Virus record (IMG/VR): IMGVR_UViG_3300029258_003428
DNA length: 20,000 nucleotides
Direction: 5' to 3' (one strand)
DNA from: an uncultured virus (IMG/VR IMGVR_UViG_3300029258_003428)
Lineage: Duplodnaviria > Heunggongvirae > Uroviricota > Caudoviricetes
Part shown: positions 16,198 to 20,000 of the stretch, in pieces
Position numbering within the stretch: the first letter of the stretch is position 1
Layout: the number at the start of each line of letters is the position of its first letter
Position numbers and translations under genes: made by a program
The notes under the pieces: generated by a model
Database searches by the model: none
What the model was told of the DNA's origin: nothing
Seen by the model: the letters and a program-made list of their open reading frames with translations, nothing else

Positions 16198-16490
16198 ACG
16201 CTCTTGGGTAAGTATCCAAGCTGTGCCTTGGCCTCATCCCGTGCGGCCTTGGCCAGCTCCTTCAGATGTCTGAGCGCCATGGCTGGTGCGATGGTCACAT
16301 GGATGCCATCGGAATAGCTGCCAGATCGATTGCGGCTTTTTGGATACACGGATATCCGGTAGCCGGTGAGACCGCTGTCCTTGCTCGTTCTGGCCAGATA
16401 GCGCAGCAGCGTGGTATTGTTGATTGTGTCTACCAGCGCAGTGGCCCGCTTCGCCAACTTGTGTAACTTCTCGGCGTCTGTCTTCTTCAC
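16194..16490 (-). CDS. Hypothetical protein
   Basis: GAGGAGGAG SD + GTG 16490. Confidence 0.65.
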   Translation of the reverse strand: MKKTDAEKLHKLAKRATALVDTINNTTLLRYLARTSKDSGLTGYRISVYPKSRNRSGSYSDGIHVTIAPAMALRHLKELAKAARDEAKAQLGYLPKSV

Positions 16491-16552
16491 TTCAGCTCCT
16501 CCTCTTGGCGTTCGGCTGCCTCCAAATTCAGTTTGTTGATAATAGCCTGCAT
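16487..16552 (-). CDS. 21-aa micro-ORF MQAIINKLNLEAAERQEEELK
   Basis: ATG directly follows the ligase TAA, GAGGAG SD, and its TGA overlaps the next GTG. Confidence 0.45.
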   Translation of the reverse strand: MQAIINKLNLEAAERQEEELK

Positions 16553-18040
16553 TTACAACTCCTCGTTGATGCACTCGTTGAGATCTTTGTTCCTCCTGAA
16601 GCTGAGAACCTTGGGGAAGGTGAGTGCGTTGCTATCCTGCCCCTTGGATATGTAGCTTCGGTCCTGGTATCCCACTTGCAGGACACCGATCCACATCCCT
16701 TCATCAGCGATGCGCTTGCGTTGGGCGTCCGTCAGGCCGCCGCTCACCTCGCCGATGTAATGCTTCACCCCATCCTTGTCGTACTGGTACAAACTGATCG
16801 ATCCGACCCGCTTCATGTTCTTGCCGGTGCCGTAGGCTCCGTTCGTCTTCAACCGCTTGCCGCATACGGCACACTTACCGCTGCTCGTCTGCTTCTGCAG
16901 CGCGCCATGGTCAGGGACATGACATTTCGTGGTGCAGTGCTCGCGCATGCCGTCAGGTTCCCAGATCCCGATGAAGTCGTCCTCCAGGGCGTTCTTGACC
17001 TTCCAGCAGACGTTCGGCCGATCTGGCTGACCAAGGAAGCTGAGATGCTTCTCGCCCAGCGATCCCCAACAGTCGTACACCACCCATCCCTCGTACCCGT
17101 ACTTCCTCATCTCTGAGATCATGTCGTCGTAAGGCTCGGCAGCAATGTCTGGGCCGTGTACGAACTTGCAGAGATGGAGTCCGGTGTGACCTCCCCACCC
17201 ATCGACGAGCTCCATCAACCAGTCGAGCCAGAAGCTACAGCTGTGGTCCTTCTCGAGGTTGTCCCCTTCCCAGAAGGGCATACGGAACACGTAGGCGTGG
17301 ACCAGGCCGAGCTTGCGCTGCATCTCAATCGCCCGCTCCGGCAGAGAGTTGGCGATTTGCTGCATCGCCTTGAATTCTTCTTTCGTCTTTCCTTCGCCGA
17401 TGTAGAACTCACAGAGCAAGATCGTCTCGGCGGGGAGCAGGGCCTCGAACTCCTCGACCAGGTGCGGGAACTTGTCGTTCTCGACCTTCATCTTCCCGCG
17501 GGATTGGATCCACACAGATCCGTCTCGGTCTTTGGAGACCACGAAGCACATCCCGTTCTTCTTCACGGTCCAGGCCAGCGGGGGACCTCCTACACTCCTC
17601 CCAGACTTCCGTGATTCGAGCTTCCGCAGCTTCTCCTCCTTGATCGAGTTGACGGGCTTCGAGAAGGCCACGTTGTTGGGCAGCGGGCCATCGAAAGAGA
17701 TCTGCTGGGAGCGGGTAACGCCGCCGAGCTCCTCTTCCAACATCGTCGCGAACTTGCCCTTGCTCGGCTTCACAATGATCTCGTACCCCGCCTGCGCTTT
17801 CTTCTTGACGTCGCGGACAAGCTGCTCAAGCGCGGAACGTTCTGGAGAGATCCAGGCTTTCGTGCCCTTCTTTCCCTTCTCACCAGGAATGTCCACCGTC
17901 TCCTGGATCTTCCCGTCCAACACGCCCCACTGGGTGATGACCTCGTCCCCGTCTACCCATCCAGCCCAGACCTGCGTGTTCTTCTTGGCCTCCCGCTGCA
18001 TGCTGCAGTAGGTCTTCTTACTCCTGGGTGTCTTTCTCAT
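16553..18040 (-). CDS. ATP-dependent DNA ligase with N-terminal WGR-like domain and Cys4 insert
   Basis: WGR-like QVWAGWVDGDEVITQWGVLDGKIQ..KKKAQAGY; motif I VKKNG, III LLCE, IV YEGWVV, V WKVK; OB-fold GEVSGGLTDAQR..LTFPKVLSFRRNK. Confidence 0.88.
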   Translation of the reverse strand: MRKTPRSKKTYCSMQREAKKNTQVWAGWVDGDEVITQWGVLDGKIQETVDIPGEKGKKGTKAWISPERSALEQLVRDVKKKAQAGYEIIVKPSKGKFATMLEEELGGVTRSQQISFDGPLPNNVAFSKPVNSIKEEKLRKLESRKSGRSVGGPPLAWTVKKNGMCFVVSKDRDGSVWIQSRGKMKVENDKFPHLVEEFEALLPAETILLCEFYIGEGKTKEEFKAMQQIANSLPERAIEMQRKLGLVHAYVFRMPFWEGDNLEKDHSCSFWLDWLMELVDGWGGHTGLHLCKFVHGPDIAAEPYDDMISEMRKYGYEGWVVYDCWGSLGEKHLSFLGQPDRPNVCWKVKNALEDDFIGIWEPDGMREHCTTKCHVPDHGALQKQTSSGKCAVCGKRLKTNGAYGTGKNMKRVGSISLYQYDKDGVKHYIGEVSGGLTDAQRKRIADEGMWIGVLQVGYQDRSYISKGQDSNALTFPKVLSFRRNKDLNECINEEL

Positions 18041-18596
18041 CGTCCTCTTCCTTTTCCATCGGGAGGTACACGTTGCGTCGCTTATCGCTGTTGTCCTTCT
18101 CGGATCGTATGAGCCCGAGCTTTCGTAGTACCCCAATATGTCTGGAGACTGTCTGTGCTGTGGTGAAAACTCCGACCTCGTCCAGCCCTCGATGAATATC
18201 GCGCAACGCTTTTCTACCCTCGCGAATCAGCTCTAGCACCAACAAGACATCTTCTTTTATACGATGGCCGGCCACAACGAACGGCTGTCTTTGAGCTGTG
18301 AATGGGGCGGACTCCATGATGGCATCGGTTAGAACCAAGAACTGTTCTATGTCGTGTAGGCTTTTCGTCTTGATCCAGACGTGGGCCTGGTCTGTCTTGC
18401 CTGGGGTCACGCACAGGTTGAAGCTCTCAGATTGCCGTTTCATAAACTCCTTCACCTGGGCGAATTTGGAGAACCATTCGAACGAAACTCCCTTCGGCGC
18501 GTTTTCCTTATCCCTCCTCCAAAGCGCGTTGATGTGGTTCCAGTAATTCAGAACCTCGGAGTCGCTAAGGGGCTTGTCAGATCTTCGCTGAGTCAT
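18018..18596 (-). CDS. Winged helix-turn-helix (MarR/ArsR-like) protein
   Basis: C-terminal TAQTVSRHIGVLRKLGLIRSEKDNSDKRRNVY (recognition helix, LxxxGLI, DxR wing). Confidence 0.8.
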   Translation of the reverse strand: MTQRRSDKPLSDSEVLNYWNHINALWRRDKENAPKGVSFEWFSKFAQVKEFMKRQSESFNLCVTPGKTDQAHVWIKTKSLHDIEQFLVLTDAIMESAPFTAQRQPFVVAGHRIKEDVLLVLELIREGRKALRDIHRGLDEVGVFTTAQTVSRHIGVLRKLGLIRSEKDNSDKRRNVYLPMEKEEDDEKDTQE

Positions 18597-19216
18597 AAGA
18601 CTCCCCTCAGTTCTTGCCAGAACGGCGACTCCTCTACGAGCTGTTGGTACTCAGGCGCTCTGTCCACCGGCTCGAACAGGTTGTCCTCGCTGATGGCATG
18701 GCACATTCCGCGAGGCTCGATGTCCTCGTCATAAAAGATCATGGGTCGATAGTTGGGGAGGCCGGTGGAATTGATCGGCCTGAAGATGACAGGCACAACC
18801 TTTCCAAGCACGTCCTCCGCAATGTCAAAGTACCCCTCGCGTACGAAGTAGCGCATACCTCTGATCGTCCGAAATGGCAGGACGGACCATTCCCGTCCGC
18901 TCAATGCTCGTCGCTCTTTTGGCTTCAGCTGAGTCAGCTCGACGTCTTGTTGCAGGCCGTTGCCGGCGAACATGTCGAACCATCCGCGCTGTGTGATGTG
19001 ATGAACGATCGATTCCTTGGTCTCGTCCTCGCAGATCTTGTCTGTCTGCTCGAGCAGCCGGAACAGCGCGGGGCAGTTCACGACCTCGTCAAACTGCATT
19101 CCGAAGACCCAGTTCGTGACGAAGATCGACTCTCCGTGCCTTACGGCGAAGAATGGAGCGTCCCCGTGCTGTTCCGCTGCTCTCTCAAGACGCCTTATCA
19201 GCTGAGGCGTCAGCAT
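18593..19216 (-). CDS. Hypothetical protein
   Basis: ATG 19216 (MLTPQL...), stop coupled to the wHTH start. Confidence 0.65.
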   Translation of the reverse strand: MLTPQLIRRLERAAEQHGDAPFFAVRHGESIFVTNWVFGMQFDEVVNCPALFRLLEQTDKICEDETKESIVHHITQRGWFDMFAGNGLQQDVELTQLKPKERRALSGREWSVLPFRTIRGMRYFVREGYFDIAEDVLGKVVPVIFRPINSTGLPNYRPMIFYDEDIEPRGMCHAISEDNLFEPVDRAPEYQQLVEESPFWQELRGVL

Positions 19217-19571
19217 CGCCAACCCAGCCGTTGTAGGCATCTCGCGTGTTGATCTGCATGGCGGCCATTTCGCAGAGCTGGCGCAGGGCAGAGTCATCAC
19301 AGTGTGCTTGGTACATCATCTCTTCGATCAGCGTCATCCGCTCTTCTCGGTTGAAGTGGACGATGCGCTCGAACTCCGCGGTGGGATCGTCCATTGGTTC
19401 CCAGTCTGGGTTGGTGGCGATGACGTAGAAATCTGTGCTGTCGGCATCCCAGACGTCGTAGTAGATCGGCTGGTTGTTGGCTGCCCTCTCTCGTTCTCTG
19501 GCCTTCTTCACCGCCTCTTCTGGGGAAGCTGCGACGTGTAATCCTTTGATTCGTGGCTCCACGACAAACAT
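19185..19571 (-). CDS. Hypothetical protein, first gene of the - strand block
   Basis: AAGGAGGA SD; 128 aa. Confidence 0.7.
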   Translation of the reverse strand: MFVVEPRIKGLHVAASPEEAVKKARERERAANNQPIYYDVWDADSTDFYVIATNPDWEPMDDPTAEFERIVHFNREERMTLIEEMMYQAHCDDSALRQLCEMAAMQINTRDAYNGWVGDADASADKAS

Positions 19572-19603
19572 AAGTCCTCCTTCTGGTTTGTTTGCGCATA
19601 ACC

Positions 19604-19656
19604 CTTATACCGAAGAATCGGTAGTTCTTGAAATCTAGGAAAAGATGTCGGATAAC
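19604..19656. promoter_or_regulatory. Candidate divergent, overlapping sigma70-like promoters
   Basis: Minus: TTCAAG-N17-TATAAG (19632 to 19604). Plus: TTGAAA-N17-GATAAC (19628-19656). AT-rich intergenic region between divergent genes. Confidence 0.4.
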
Positions 19657-19675
19657 TGGAAGCAGGAGGAAGCCC

Positions 19676-19906
19676 ATGTTGATCCAGACGATCGAGATCG
19701 AGACGAAGGTAGATCGAAGGGAGTTTCTGGAGCTCGCCAAGGAAGATCCGAAGAAGGCCGCTGAGGCTATAGAGCCGGAGATCGAGAAGTTCAACAAGGA
19801 GTGGATGTCGAGTCGTGGCGGACCTTTGTCTACATTCGAACACCAGATCTTACGGGAGTATTTGGCCTGGAAGATGATCGGAAACCCATCAGGATCAAAC
19901 GGGTAA
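19676..19906 (+). CDS. Hypothetical protein
   Basis: AGGAGG SD before ATG 19676. Confidence 0.65.
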   Translation: MLIQTIEIETKVDRREFLELAKEDPKKAAEAIEPEIEKFNKEWMSSRGGPLSTFEHQILREYLAWKMIGNPSGSNG

Positions 19907-20000
19907 TCGTTTTTGATCTTGACTTTTTGATTGTTTGGATCACTATGTAAGCAGAGCATCATGGCTTTTGGGAAGACACACATTCATCGCCACAGTCCCG

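Overview
Phage-like segment: densely packed short, mostly hypothetical genes with strong Shine-Dalgarno sites and ATGA/TGATG coupling, and no host housekeeping operons. A + strand block (1-8447) encodes an amidase/PG-binding endolysin, RHH proteins, a YkgJ-like Cys protein, a DEDDh exonuclease and a membrane-anchored metzincin. It converges on a - strand block (9698-19571) encoding a WGR-domain ATP-dependent DNA ligase, a wHTH protein and many small ORFs. The standout lies at the convergence point. A solitary Cas7/RAMP-like gene (9698-10519, -) has its stop codon directly abutting a ~1.1 kb non-coding array (8586-9698). The array has about 34 units, each a GTC triplet plus a run of GG-NNN pentamers (unit lengths 3+5n nt), and is closed by a terminator-like hairpin. 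It is not a classical CRISPR array and no other cas genes are recognisable. It looks like a minimal RNA-guided system with a 5-nt-phased, non-contiguous guide code (VIPR-like, but with its own grammar). All product calls come from motif recognition by eye, not from database searches.
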